From Candidatus Hermodarchaeota archaeon (GTDB lineage Archaea > Asgardarchaeota > Hermodarchaeia > Hermodarchaeales > Hermodarchaeaceae), in the NCBI GenBank assembly GCA_016839805.1, contig JAEOTO010000010.1:1-36369 (forward strand): DNA of 36,369 nucleotides. The letters run 5' to 3'. The notes below the pieces were generated by a model, which was not told where the DNA came from, ran no database searches, and was given only the letters and a program-made list of their open reading frames with translations. This document shows, one piece after another, positions 8,820-17,853 of this stretch (position 1 is its first letter; each line of letters begins with the position of its first letter). Made by a program: the position numbers and the translations under genes.

Positions 8820-9037
8820 ACTGCCCCGACCTGAAGGACAGGGCTTCCTGCTTCATGCCATCGACCATTGTCGACTGGTCCACAGGCTCTACTCGCCGTT
8901 CCGGCGATGTTGCCCGGTGATCTAGGACATTGGTTCTCAGTCCCCACTAGGACTTCATCAGTGGATTCCCATTGGAGTATTTAAACTCCCCTTGATTCCT
9001 CCTTGCCCTTAATGACTGGGTCTTCTCAAAACTTTAG
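8816..9037 (-). mobile_element. Non-autonomous IS200/IS605 (TnpB-type) element, 222 bp, retaining LE, TATA box and reRNA-like scaffold
   Basis: Minus strand: TTAT (9041-9038), degenerate LE hairpin, TTTAAATA, hairpins at 8893-8907 and 8858-8878, then GAAGCAGGAAGCCCTGTCCTTCAGGTCGGGGCAGTTCAC (RE). Removing 8816-9037 restores CCT CAA TAA (P-Q-stop) at the aor end. Confidence 0.85.
8978..8985 (-). promoter_or_regulatory. Archaeal TATA box inside the IS605-derived element
   Basis: TTTAAATA with a purine-rich upstream segment. It begins 27 nt upstream of a dead-end ATG AAG TCC TAG at 8958 and points into the reRNA-like scaffold. Confidence 0.5.
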
Positions 9038-9162
9038 ATAAAATGAAGTTATGCGTTAACATAAGCAAGGTTTAAATTGTGACTTAGCTGAGTGAGTCAA
9101 CAGCGGGGCTTTGTACTTTAATGCCCAATACATTCTGAAAAATTTTTGGAGCACGAAGAAGA

Positions 9163-9840
9163 ATGAAAGTCCTTGTGACCGGTCCACACCTCTCAGGGAA
9201 GAGTATGTTAATTGAACACTTAGCTAAAGGCAACGTCATAAATATTCAAGCGAACGGAACCACCGTGGGACTCGATCATGGTGTCTCAAATGTTTTTGGA
9301 ATTCCAATCCGATTATTTGGAACCCCGGGTCTAGCCCGATTCAAAGTATTGCGTAGAATTATTTCGGAGGGCGCAGATGGCATTCTCTTTGTAGTCGATG
9401 CAAGTAACCCTGAAGGAGATGCAGAAGCCCGTTACATTTGGACAGAAATCAGTGATTTGCTACCGAATGTTCCATGTATCGTCGCTGCTAACAAACAAGA
9501 TCTTCGTGTTTCTAGAACTCCCGAAAGGATTCGCCATGACTTGAGTTTCATGGTTGGAGTCCCAGTAATACCAATTAGTTGTAAAACAGACTATAATTTA
9601 GAAAAACTTCTTCCAGCAATGACCATGTTAATTACATACGAATGGAGCCCACTACTTCGAGCTTTCGGAATAAAAGGACAAATTACCTTTTCTGATCTAG
9701 CGACTAACCTTAACACCAATGAGGGAAAAGTTCGAAGTTATTTACGTTGGTTTGAACTACGAAAAATGGTGATTGTGGACTGGGATAAAAAAACAACGCA
9801 GCTAGCCCCTGGAATTATTAAAATCCTTACTCAACAGTAG
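9163..9840 (+). CDS. MglA/CvnD-like small GTPase with C-terminal winged-helix-like domain
   Basis: G1 GPHLSGKS, G2 GTTVGLDHG, G3 GTPGL, G4 NKQD and G5 SCK. The C-terminal ~60 aa (ITFSDLATNLNTNEGKVRSYLRWFE...) look wHTH-like. Confidence 0.85.
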   Translation: MKVLVTGPHLSGKSMLIEHLAKGNVINIQANGTTVGLDHGVSNVFGIPIRLFGTPGLARFKVLRRIISEGADGILFVVDASNPEGDAEARYIWTEISDLLPNVPCIVAANKQDLRVSRTPERIRHDLSFMVGVPVIPISCKTDYNLEKLLPAMTMLITYEWSPLLRAFGIKGQITFSDLATNLNTNEGKVRSYLRWFELRKMVIVDWDKKTTQLAPGIIKILTQQ

Positions 9841-9888
9841 CACACTTTAAAAGTCTCAACATCTCATGCATGAAACCGGGTTGTAAGA

Positions 9889-10662
9889 ATGGCTGATCCA
9901 GGTCCTGCATGGAAATCAATCCTTAAAGTGCTTAAAGAAAACCGAGTTGTTCATCTAACACTAATTGACCCTGACCCCGCCAAACAGTCCTCCACTGTTG
10001 CCGGTAAAATTGCTAAACTTGCTGAAGCAGCCGGAACCAATGGGATAATGGTTGGAGGGTCTACAGCGTTTGGTATAATCGATGAGACACTCCAAAGTAT
10101 CAAAGGGCAGGTTAAAATTCCAGTTCTCTTATTTCCGGGTAACGTTTCAGGGTTGTCACGGTTTGCTGACGCAGTCTTTTTTATGAGCCTCTTAAATTCA
10201 CGGACAACCTATTGGCTAATTGACGCACATACTCTTGCCGCTCGTTATATCAAGGGGTTTAATCTTGAACCTATCTCAATGGCGTATCTTATTGTCCAGC
10301 CAGGGGGTACTGCAGGTTACGTTGGTGATGCACGACTAATACCACGAAATAAACCGGAAATCGCCCTCGGATTTGGTCTAGCGGCACAATACATGGGATT
10401 CCAAATTGTATATCTCGAAGCCGGATCGGGCGCGAAGAACGCAGTTCCGCTCCCAATGATTGAGCTACTTTCCAGTCAGTTAGATGTTCCTATTGCTGTG
10501 GGTGGTGGTATGTCCACACCAGAACAGGCTGCAGCTGTTTCCGCCGCTGGTGCTGAAATTATTGTCCAAGGAACAGCAATTGAACGGACAATTTTAGAGG
10601 ATAACGGAAAACAATTATCAAAGACAATTAAAGCAATTCAACAGGCAAAAAAGCGAGGCTAA
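9889..10662 (+). CDS. Geranylgeranylglyceryl phosphate synthase (group II GGGPS)
   Basis: HLTLIDPD, IMVGGS, LFPGN, FFMSLLNS, VYLEAGSGA and VGGG. Confidence 0.95.
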   Translation: MADPGPAWKSILKVLKENRVVHLTLIDPDPAKQSSTVAGKIAKLAEAAGTNGIMVGGSTAFGIIDETLQSIKGQVKIPVLLFPGNVSGLSRFADAVFFMSLLNSRTTYWLIDAHTLAARYIKGFNLEPISMAYLIVQPGGTAGYVGDARLIPRNKPEIALGFGLAAQYMGFQIVYLEAGSGAKNAVPLPMIELLSSQLDVPIAVGGGMSTPEQAAAVSAAGAEIIVQGTAIERTILEDNGKQLSKTIKAIQQAKKRG

Positions 10663-10952
10663 CTACTCCCACCCCCTATTGGTGGAAACAAGGCTACAAT
10701 GTCTCCATCTGAGAGAGGTGTTTGTAATCCCTGCTGGAGTCGTACATGGCGCCCATTGACCAGGACATGATAATAGGTTTTTAGTGATCCGTCAGGTTCC
10801 AGAATCATCTGATTGAATTTTTCTCCAAATTGTTTGCCGAGTTTGGTTATGACTTCTTGAACGTCTGCAGCCTCTAATTCTATTTCTCTGGTTCCAGTTA
10901 GAGCGCGGAGACTTGTGAACATGCGAACTGTGACTTTAGGCTTTGTGGTCAT
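10659..10952 (-). CDS. MoaD/SAMP ubiquitin-like sulfur carrier with C-terminal extension
   Basis: VLVNGRHV...TPLSDGDIVALFPPIGGGSS. Confidence 0.92.
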   Translation of the reverse strand: MTTKPKVTVRMFTSLRALTGTREIELEAADVQEVITKLGKQFGEKFNQMILEPDGSLKTYYHVLVNGRHVRLQQGLQTPLSDGDIVALFPPIGGGSS

Positions 10953-10967
10953 TTGGTTGTATTCACC

Positions 10968-12155
10968 TTACCCACTTATTTCGAAGGAGAGGGCTCGATG
11001 TGGACAAATACTCACGCAAACCCCACATCCATAGCAGAGATTTGAATCGACTTCAGCCTTTGATGTTCCTGGATTGACAGTTATAGCTGAATATGTACAA
11101 GATTTACTGCAAAGGCCACACCCAGAACATGCCTCTTTGTTAACGATGGGTGGAAGACTTTCAGTTCTTAGAGTTTCGGAGGGGAGGTGGGGTAAAGCAA
11201 TACCGTGGACATCTTGAGGAGAATCATGTCCATGGGATTCAAGGAATTCTGTGATTTCCTGGGCGATACGACCATATACTGAGGGTCCTTCAAGGATGGC
11301 AGCGGTGCAAACTTGTACGGCACTTGCACCACACATAATAAACTCGATGGCATCTTCACCTGTGGTGACACCACCTACACCTATTACAGGTTTCTTTGTT
11401 CCTCGAGCAATATCGGCAACACACCGAACCGCAAGGGGTTTGATGGCAGGACCCGAAAGCCAACCAACGCCACCAGGACCACCAAGTAATGGACGACCTG
11501 TTTCAACATCAATATGCAGGCAGGGACCAAGTGTGTTAATTGCTACGAAACCATCAACGTATCGATCGACTGCCTTTATGAAAACCGTCAGGTCTTTCAC
11601 ATGAGGACTCATTTTTGCGAAGACAGGAATCTCCACAGCTTCCTTCAGTGTTTTTGCTACATCGTTGAAGACTTTGGGATCAGTTTCAATATAATGAGTG
11701 CTAAATTCAATCCCATTAACTCCCGCTTTTTCTACAAGGGGAGCGAGTTTTTGCAATTCTTCCGGCGTATACCCCACTGACGCGATAAGGGAAAGTCCTG
11801 CTTTTAGGGCTTGAGGGTATTCATGTTTCAGCCATTTCTGATAAGGTTTGTCACTCCATAATTCATGGTTTAACAGCCCATAAGCTCCTCTGACCTTAAT
11901 TCGTTCAAAATGAACAATTTGGTTCTGCATCGCTGTAGCAAGCAACCATTGGCTCTTTCCTCGATCCAGCGTTTGCATGTTGGGTCTTGGGACCTCAGCA
12001 GGTTTGACGCTGATGGTCTTGGCTACTAAGCCTCCAACCCCCCCTCGTGCTGCTTTGAGAAGCGTTTCTCCATCTCGACTGGTAGGTCCTGCTGCTGTTA
12101 AAACCGGGTTGCGAAGAGGGATTCCAGCTAAATCAACACTTAAATCGATTGGCAT
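10968..12155 (-). CDS. Dihydropyrimidine dehydrogenase PreA / DHODH-like FMN protein with C-terminal 2x[4Fe-4S] domain
   Basis: LRNPV..AAGP, AKT, AKMSP, AINT, GWLSGPAIKP, IGVGGV and GASAVQVCTA; C-terminal CSGCGLC..C and CYGCGVCVSICP. Confidence 0.88.
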   Translation of the reverse strand: MPIDLSVDLAGIPLRNPVLTAAGPTSRDGETLLKAARGGVGGLVAKTISVKPAEVPRPNMQTLDRGKSQWLLATAMQNQIVHFERIKVRGAYGLLNHELWSDKPYQKWLKHEYPQALKAGLSLIASVGYTPEELQKLAPLVEKAGVNGIEFSTHYIETDPKVFNDVAKTLKEAVEIPVFAKMSPHVKDLTVFIKAVDRYVDGFVAINTLGPCLHIDVETGRPLLGGPGGVGWLSGPAIKPLAVRCVADIARGTKKPVIGVGGVTTGEDAIEFIMCGASAVQVCTAAILEGPSVYGRIAQEITEFLESHGHDSPQDVHGIALPHLPSETLRTESLPPIVNKEACSGCGLCSKSCTYSAITVNPGTSKAEVDSNLCYGCGVCVSICPHRALSFEISG

Positions 12156-14092
12156 TATTTTTCAACCACCTTCCCCATTTTAGCTAATTCATCTGCCACA
12201 TCCTCTAAGCCTAACCGTTTCAATTCAGACCGAGTAGGTAGCCCATCTGAAGTCCAATTTCGTACTTCGTAATATTCATCGAGCATAGGGTCAAGATTAC
12301 ATATTTGCCCTTTTCCTGGTCCATCGGGAATAGGCTCTTCCAAGAATCGCGGGTGTAACTGTTCTCGTTCGCGTGTCACGCCCTCTCGCACATTGAAACA
12401 GCGCCGGAGATTACTGATGCGTTCAGCAACCATTCGAAGTTGTTTAATGTCTCCAAATTCCTTAATGCCTGTTAACGGTTTAAGCATTTCAGCAATGATA
12501 TCAAAGTAATAAACAGGGGGCCACATTGTGCCATATTTGCAGAGGATGACACTATCAACTAGAACGTAGAGATCTTCTTGATCTTTGATGAGATGCCCCT
12601 TGAATTTAGTACTATACAAATCCATAACTTCAGATGCGTGCTCTTCTCCAAACCGTTCGATAGCCACATCAGGAAAACCTAGTTCTTCATAGCAGCTAAG
12701 GCTACGAAGATGATCGGCACCTCGTACATTAGTAGCATAGGTTAATCCCACACTTTGTTGGGGTCGGGGATCTTGCCCGGAGGCTTCCATACCCTTTACA
12801 TGAATGGCAAACCGTTCAGCACCCTTACCAATTTTCTGTGCTGCACGCAACGACCCCTCTGCAAGGAGGTCGCCAATTCCTTCTCGGTAGGCGATTTTTT
12901 CAATGAGTGAAATAATTGTTTGGTCGTTTCCCCATGAGAGATCAAGGTTATCTGCTTCCTTAGATGTAATCAGTCCGTGTTCTACCGCTTCAAGCAGGAA
13001 GGCAATAGTGCAGCCTGTGCTAATTGTATCTAAACCATAGCGGTTGCAAAGTTGATTTGCATAAAGGATAGATTCGACATTACTATTGAGGCAATTACTA
13101 CCGAACGCCATCAGTGTTTCATATTCCGGACCACCGGTCATCACTTGGTATGGTCCAGATTTGACCTGCGATGTGTATTTACATTGGAGCGCACAGCCAA
13201 AGCAGGATTCTCGGCTGGTTCGGTATTTTTGTCGAATGGTTTCAGGTCCAATGGCATCGGCTTCAGGAAATACTCCTGTATTATGATTCTTTGTCGGAAG
13301 CCTACCAATTTCGCCAATGGCTGTTACCAGATTGGTTGTGCCATATTTTCCGAGGGATTCCTCGTTCATTTCCCCCCACTTTCCAGTAGTCATTTGTTCA
13401 TAGCCCTTACGGGCTACAGCCATGAACTTTCCCGGATTGGCTACTTGAACGCCACCAAAGCCCCGTGCAGCAATCGCTTTGAGGTTCTTACTACCCATCA
13501 CTGCGCCTCCGCCTGCTCGACCTGCTGCCCGATAATAAGAGCCAATTATCGCAGCATATCGCACCTTGTTTTCTCCCGCGATACCAATTGATGTGACTTC
13601 AACATCGTTATCTCCTTGCTCTTCCTTGATCATATCTGTCGTTTCGGTAGTATCGCGAGTCCACAGGTGACTTGCATCTTTAATGACCACTTCGTTATCC
13701 TGAACCGTTAGATAGACTGGTTTTGGTGCTCGTCCTTGAATGATTAACATATCAAAGCCAGCATACTTTAGCTGAGGACCCCAATGCCCTCCACAATGCG
13801 CTTCCCCCCACACTCCTGTAAGCGGAGATTTGAAGGCCACCATAAAGCGTCCGGAAGGAGAGAAGAAAGCCCCCGTAACAGGTCCAACCCCAAAGATAAG
13901 GGGATTATCAGGATCTAGGGGTTGAGTGTTAGGTGTAACTCGATCCCAAAGAACACGAGCAGCGAAACCAGTTCCTCCCAGATAATTTCTAGCAAAATTG
14001 CTGTCTAGAGGTTTTATTGTTACTTTCGATTTCGTTAAATCAATGTCAGCAATTTGGCCTGCATACCCATAAAAAATATCTTTCTTAGTCAT
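12155..14092 (-). CDS. AOR/WOR family tungstoenzyme, copy 2
   Basis: KSPLTG, AGRAGGGAVMGSKNLKA, CFGCALQC, GPEYET, GLDTISTG and RGADHL. Confidence 0.95.
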   Translation of the reverse strand: MTKKDIFYGYAGQIADIDLTKSKVTIKPLDSNFARNYLGGTGFAARVLWDRVTPNTQPLDPDNPLIFGVGPVTGAFFSPSGRFMVAFKSPLTGVWGEAHCGGHWGPQLKYAGFDMLIIQGRAPKPVYLTVQDNEVVIKDASHLWTRDTTETTDMIKEEQGDNDVEVTSIGIAGENKVRYAAIIGSYYRAAGRAGGGAVMGSKNLKAIAARGFGGVQVANPGKFMAVARKGYEQMTTGKWGEMNEESLGKYGTTNLVTAIGEIGRLPTKNHNTGVFPEADAIGPETIRQKYRTSRESCFGCALQCKYTSQVKSGPYQVMTGGPEYETLMAFGSNCLNSNVESILYANQLCNRYGLDTISTGCTIAFLLEAVEHGLITSKEADNLDLSWGNDQTIISLIEKIAYREGIGDLLAEGSLRAAQKIGKGAERFAIHVKGMEASGQDPRPQQSVGLTYATNVRGADHLRSLSCYEELGFPDVAIERFGEEHASEVMDLYSTKFKGHLIKDQEDLYVLVDSVILCKYGTMWPPVYYFDIIAEMLKPLTGIKEFGDIKQLRMVAERISNLRRCFNVREGVTREREQLHPRFLEEPIPDGPGKGQICNLDPMLDEYYEVRNWTSDGLPTRSELKRLGLEDVADELAKMGKVVEK

Positions 14093-14594
14093 TTGCTACA
14101 CCCCCAGAAATAATTTGGAGATAATCAGCTGCTTTTCTAACACCCTTTTCCCGAAGCACTTTTGTTAGTTCACTTGGCTCAATATACATCAGAGCCCCTC
14201 GTGGACAAAATTGCGCGCACATTGCATAACCTTCACACAAATCGCATTTGACGGTTCGTCCATCAGCTGGATCAATATGAATCCCGCCAAAAGGACAGGC
14301 AACTAAACATTGGTGACAGCCAATACAATTGTCTTGATTAATACAGACCGCGTTGGTCTTCTCATCACGATATATCGCATCTGCAGGACAACTTTCCATG
14401 CATAAAGGCGTATCACAATGCTGACAGATTACAGGAATATTGATTCCTCGTTTTTCATCGCGAATAATTGTAAGTAAAGCCCGTGCGGGATTATATTCCT
14501 GTTCATGTCGGAAGGAACACACAAGAGTACAAATTTCACACCCTGTACATTTCTCAGGATCCACGACTAGAACCTTATGGGCTGACTGCTTCAT
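14085..14594 (-). CDS. 4x[4Fe-4S] polyferredoxin subunit (partner of AOR copy 2)
   Basis: CTGCEICTLVC, CQHC..PLCMESCP, CIGCHQCLVACP and KCDLC..CAQFCP. Confidence 0.92.
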   Translation of the reverse strand: MKQSAHKVLVVDPEKCTGCEICTLVCSFRHEQEYNPARALLTIIRDEKRGINIPVICQHCDTPLCMESCPADAIYRDEKTNAVCINQDNCIGCHQCLVACPFGGIHIDPADGRTVKCDLCEGYAMCAQFCPRGALMYIEPSELTKVLREKGVRKAADYLQIISGGVAND

Positions 14595-14688
14595 GGGAAT
14601 ACACGCCTAAGAAACTGGGACATGGAAGGCTTAAAGGCTTACTTGACAAACTAAACCAGTGATTTTCGGTTCATTTGGGTGAAAAACC

Positions 14689-16020
14689 ATGCGGATACTG
14701 ATTCGCAATGCGATGATTATAACAATGGATTCACAACGACGGGTATTGAAGAATACAGACCTTCTTCTCGAAGATTCCACTATCGCAGTTATTGGAAAGG
14801 CTATCAAAGAGAAAGCAGATAGAATAATTGATGGAACTGGTCGAATGATTTTACCCGGTTTCATCTGTGGGCATACTCATCTTTATGGAATAATGCTTCG
14901 TGGAGCCCCACTCGATATCAAACCTACCACTGATTTTCTACAAATCCTTGACCGAATCTGGTGGAAAGTCGATTCAGCATTTGTCAACGAAGATGCATAT
15001 GCAAGTGCCCTGGCGTCTTGTTACGAGTTTGTTAAGAGTGGAACAACCTGTTTCGCTGATACTTATTCGGGACCAGGATCAATTGAAGGGGTGCTGGATG
15101 CTATCGCAAAGGGCGTAACTCAAGTGGGTATCCGAGGCATTCTAGCATTTGAAGCTACGGAACGAAACTCCAAGAAAGAGGGGGAACGAGGATTAAATGA
15201 AAATATCCGATTCCTGAAAAAACTGCAACAAAATCCTAATGATCTCCTTCATGGGATGTACAGTCTTCACGCCTCATTTACCATTAGTGATGAACTTATC
15301 CAAAAAACGCGTGAACAGGCTGACCAGTTACCGGCTCCTCTCACCATTCACACCAGTGAAGGTCTAATTGATGTTTATCACAACATTGAGCGATACGATA
15401 AACGGACTGTCGAACGCCTTTTTGATCTCGGTGTGCTAGGATCCGATGTCGTTCTTGCTCATTGTGTTCATGTAAACCATGATGAGTTGGAATTGATTCG
15501 GGGAAGCGGAGCCGTAGTTGCGCATAATCCAATGAGTAATATGAATAACGCAGTAGGGGTAGCTCCCGTAAAGGAAATGCATGAATTGGGAATTCCGGTT
15601 TGTTTAGGCAATGATGGCTTCATTTTTGATGCCATTGAAAACATACGAACTGCCTATCTCATCCATAAGGTACATCACTTGGATACCAGAGTGACAACAC
15701 CACAACAAATTATTGAGATGGCTACAATCAATGGTGCACAAGCCTACGGTCTTGATGAAAAAATCGGATCAATCGAACAAGGAAAACAAGCGGATATTGT
15801 AATTCTACACCCGAATCCGCGGGTTACTCCGATGTTGCCTAATGGGTTATATGGCTATATTGTCTATGGCTGTACTGCACATGATGTTGAGCACGTCTTT
15901 GTTCAAGGAAAACAGCTCGTAGACAATCATCAGGTTATTTCAATACAGCCAGAAGTTGTAGAAAAAGCCCTTACACGGGTAGTACCCACATTATGGGAAA
16001 AACTCGGAATTGCTCTCTAG
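14689..16020 (+). CDS. SsnA-like metal-dependent amidohydrolase
   Basis: PGFICGHTHLY..M.RG, DFLQIL..IWWKVD, LHASFT, HTSE, HNPMSNMNNAVG and LGNDG, closely following SsnA motifs as I recall them. Confidence 0.85.
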   Translation: MRILIRNAMIITMDSQRRVLKNTDLLLEDSTIAVIGKAIKEKADRIIDGTGRMILPGFICGHTHLYGIMLRGAPLDIKPTTDFLQILDRIWWKVDSAFVNEDAYASALASCYEFVKSGTTCFADTYSGPGSIEGVLDAIAKGVTQVGIRGILAFEATERNSKKEGERGLNENIRFLKKLQQNPNDLLHGMYSLHASFTISDELIQKTREQADQLPAPLTIHTSEGLIDVYHNIERYDKRTVERLFDLGVLGSDVVLAHCVHVNHDELELIRGSGAVVAHNPMSNMNNAVGVAPVKEMHELGIPVCLGNDGFIFDAIENIRTAYLIHKVHHLDTRVTTPQQIIEMATINGAQAYGLDEKIGSIEQGKQADIVILHPNPRVTPMLPNGLYGYIVYGCTAHDVEHVFVQGKQLVDNHQVISIQPEVVEKALTRVVPTLWEKLGIAL

Positions 16021-16298
16021 CCACCAGAAACTGGCGGAAATACCGCGATAACATCCCCATCAGAGAGAGGGCTCTTTAAGCCCTGTAAAACATGGATGCC
16101 CCGACCATTCACAAGTATCTTGATATAGCGACGAAGTTCTCCTTCTTCATCAAAAACGGTTTCACAAAAAGTAGGTCCCCGGTCTTCGCAGAGTTGATCA
16201 AGAAGGTCCTGAACAGTACTTCCCTTGAGGTTGATTGTGAGCTGATGAAATCCTAGACGTTCAGTGAATGGTCCAATTGTTCGCACAACAACATGCAT
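16017..16298 (-). CDS. MoaD/SAMP ubiquitin-like sulfur carrier
   Basis: ILVNGRGI...PLSDGDVIAVFPPVSGG, with a free C-terminal GG. Confidence 0.92.
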   Translation of the reverse strand: MHVVVRTIGPFTERLGFHQLTINLKGSTVQDLLDQLCEDRGPTFCETVFDEEGELRRYIKILVNGRGIHVLQGLKSPLSDGDVIAVFPPVSGG

Positions 16299-16417
16299 TA
16301 CCGTGGTTCTCCACAGGCGGAAAATGCTTGGATGCTCAAAAAGCTGCTGGTATTGTAAACATACTACAAAACCTAACCCTTAATAGGAAAAGCGAAACAA
16401 GCCCCATGCTGATTCTT

Positions 16418-17809
16418 ATGGCAGACTTACTGATTGACGGCGCCATGGTTATCACTGTCGATCCTAAACGACGCATCATCTCTGATGGAGCGGTAGTTGT
16501 TGAGAACCAACGAATTATTGCTGTTGGAAAATCTCATGAAATCAAACAGAAATATAGTGCAGATACACGAATTCATGCTAAACAAAAAATCCTAATCCCT
16601 GGACTCATCGACTGCCATGTTCATCTAGCCCAGGCCCTAATCCGTGGAACTGCGGATGATGTTGACCTTATTCCTTGGTTACGCGATTACGTTTGGGTTC
16701 TTCAAGGCAACTTTACTCCTGAAGACGGAAAGGTTAGTGCAGAGCTTTGTATTGCTGAAATGCTCAAATCAGGTACAACGAGTTTCCTCGAAAGTATGAT
16801 TCACAAACGTTATGGCATGGACGGCATTGCGCAAGTGGTTGAAAATACAGGTATCCGAGGTTGTCTTTCTAAACTTTTCATGGATTGGACTGGTTACGCC
16901 GACGAAGAATCCATCATGTATGAGGGAATGATCGAGGATCCAGACGAATGCATTTCTGAGACAATTTCGATGCATAGTAAGTGGGAAGGTGCGGCGGATG
17001 GACGAGTGTTTATCTGGTGGGGTGCCCGGACACCCGGAGCAGTTAGCCCGGAACTATATCGGCGAGTAGCGAATATTGCACGGAAACGTCATATGGGCAT
17101 TACAATGCACTTAGGAGAAGTCAAAGAGGATGTCGAGTACACCAAGACTCAGTTTAATCAACTACCTGCTGAATTTGCACATGATGTAGGGATGATGGGA
17201 AAAAACGTGGTTTTAGTTCATGGTGTTTGGATAAGTCCTAAAGAGTTTCCAATTTACGTGGAAACAGGCACCCATATGTGTCACTGCCCAGCAAGTAACG
17301 CGAAGCTCGCCTCAGGAATTGCATTAATCCCTGAAATGCTCAAAGCTGGAATTAATGTATGTTTGGGCTGTGATGGCGGTCCAAGTAATAACGCTTACGA
17401 CATGTTTCGCGAAATGTTTCTAGCCGCTGTTATACACAAAGCTCGTACTCTCGATCCACTGACTATGCCTGCTGAAACCGTTTTAGAGATGGCAACCATC
17501 AATGGTGCAAAAGCATTAGGCCTTGAAAGAGAAATTGGCAGCATCGAAGTTGGTAAAAAAGCAGATTTAGTTCTCGTAGATACTCACCAATTAAACATCG
17601 CACCTACATATAACCCAGTCAGCAATATTATTTATGCTGCAAATGGCTTCAACGTCTCCACAACTATCGTAAACGGACAAATCCTTGTGCATGAAGGTAA
17701 ACTGTTAACCCTCGATGAAGACCAAGTCATTGAGGAAGCGCGTTCCCGAGGCGAAAAGTTACTCGACCGAGCCGGAGTCAAGATTCAAAGTAGATGGCAA
17801 AGAAATTAA
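16418..17809 (+). CDS. Amidohydrolase/deaminase (MtaD/TRZ-ATZ/8-oxoguanine deaminase-like)
   Basis: PGLIDCHVHL, HLGE, HCPASNAKLASG, LGCDG and MATINGA. Start moved from 16268 to the ATG at 16418, which avoids overlap with moaD and follows a TATA-like CCTTAATA. Confidence 0.9.
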   Translation: MADLLIDGAMVITVDPKRRIISDGAVVVENQRIIAVGKSHEIKQKYSADTRIHAKQKILIPGLIDCHVHLAQALIRGTADDVDLIPWLRDYVWVLQGNFTPEDGKVSAELCIAEMLKSGTTSFLESMIHKRYGMDGIAQVVENTGIRGCLSKLFMDWTGYADEESIMYEGMIEDPDECISETISMHSKWEGAADGRVFIWWGARTPGAVSPELYRRVANIARKRHMGITMHLGEVKEDVEYTKTQFNQLPAEFAHDVGMMGKNVVLVHGVWISPKEFPIYVETGTHMCHCPASNAKLASGIALIPEMLKAGINVCLGCDGGPSNNAYDMFREMFLAAVIHKARTLDPLTMPAETVLEMATINGAKALGLEREIGSIEVGKKADLVLVDTHQLNIAPTYNPVSNIIYAANGFNVSTTIVNGQILVHEGKLLTLDEDQVIEEARSRGEKLLDRAGVKIQSRWQRN

Positions 17810-17853
17810 TAGCGCCTTCAGCGCTTACCCCACAGAATTGAGGTGACTCGACA

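Noticed and set aside
8921-8970. Hammerhead ribozyme (CUGAUGA + stem II)
   Set aside because: It is followed by GAGAA rather than GAAA, and no convincing stems I or III could be formed.
16268-16417. N-terminal 50 aa of the 513-aa ORF
   Set aside because: It overlaps moaD and the promoter; amidohydrolase homology starts at MADLLI (16418).
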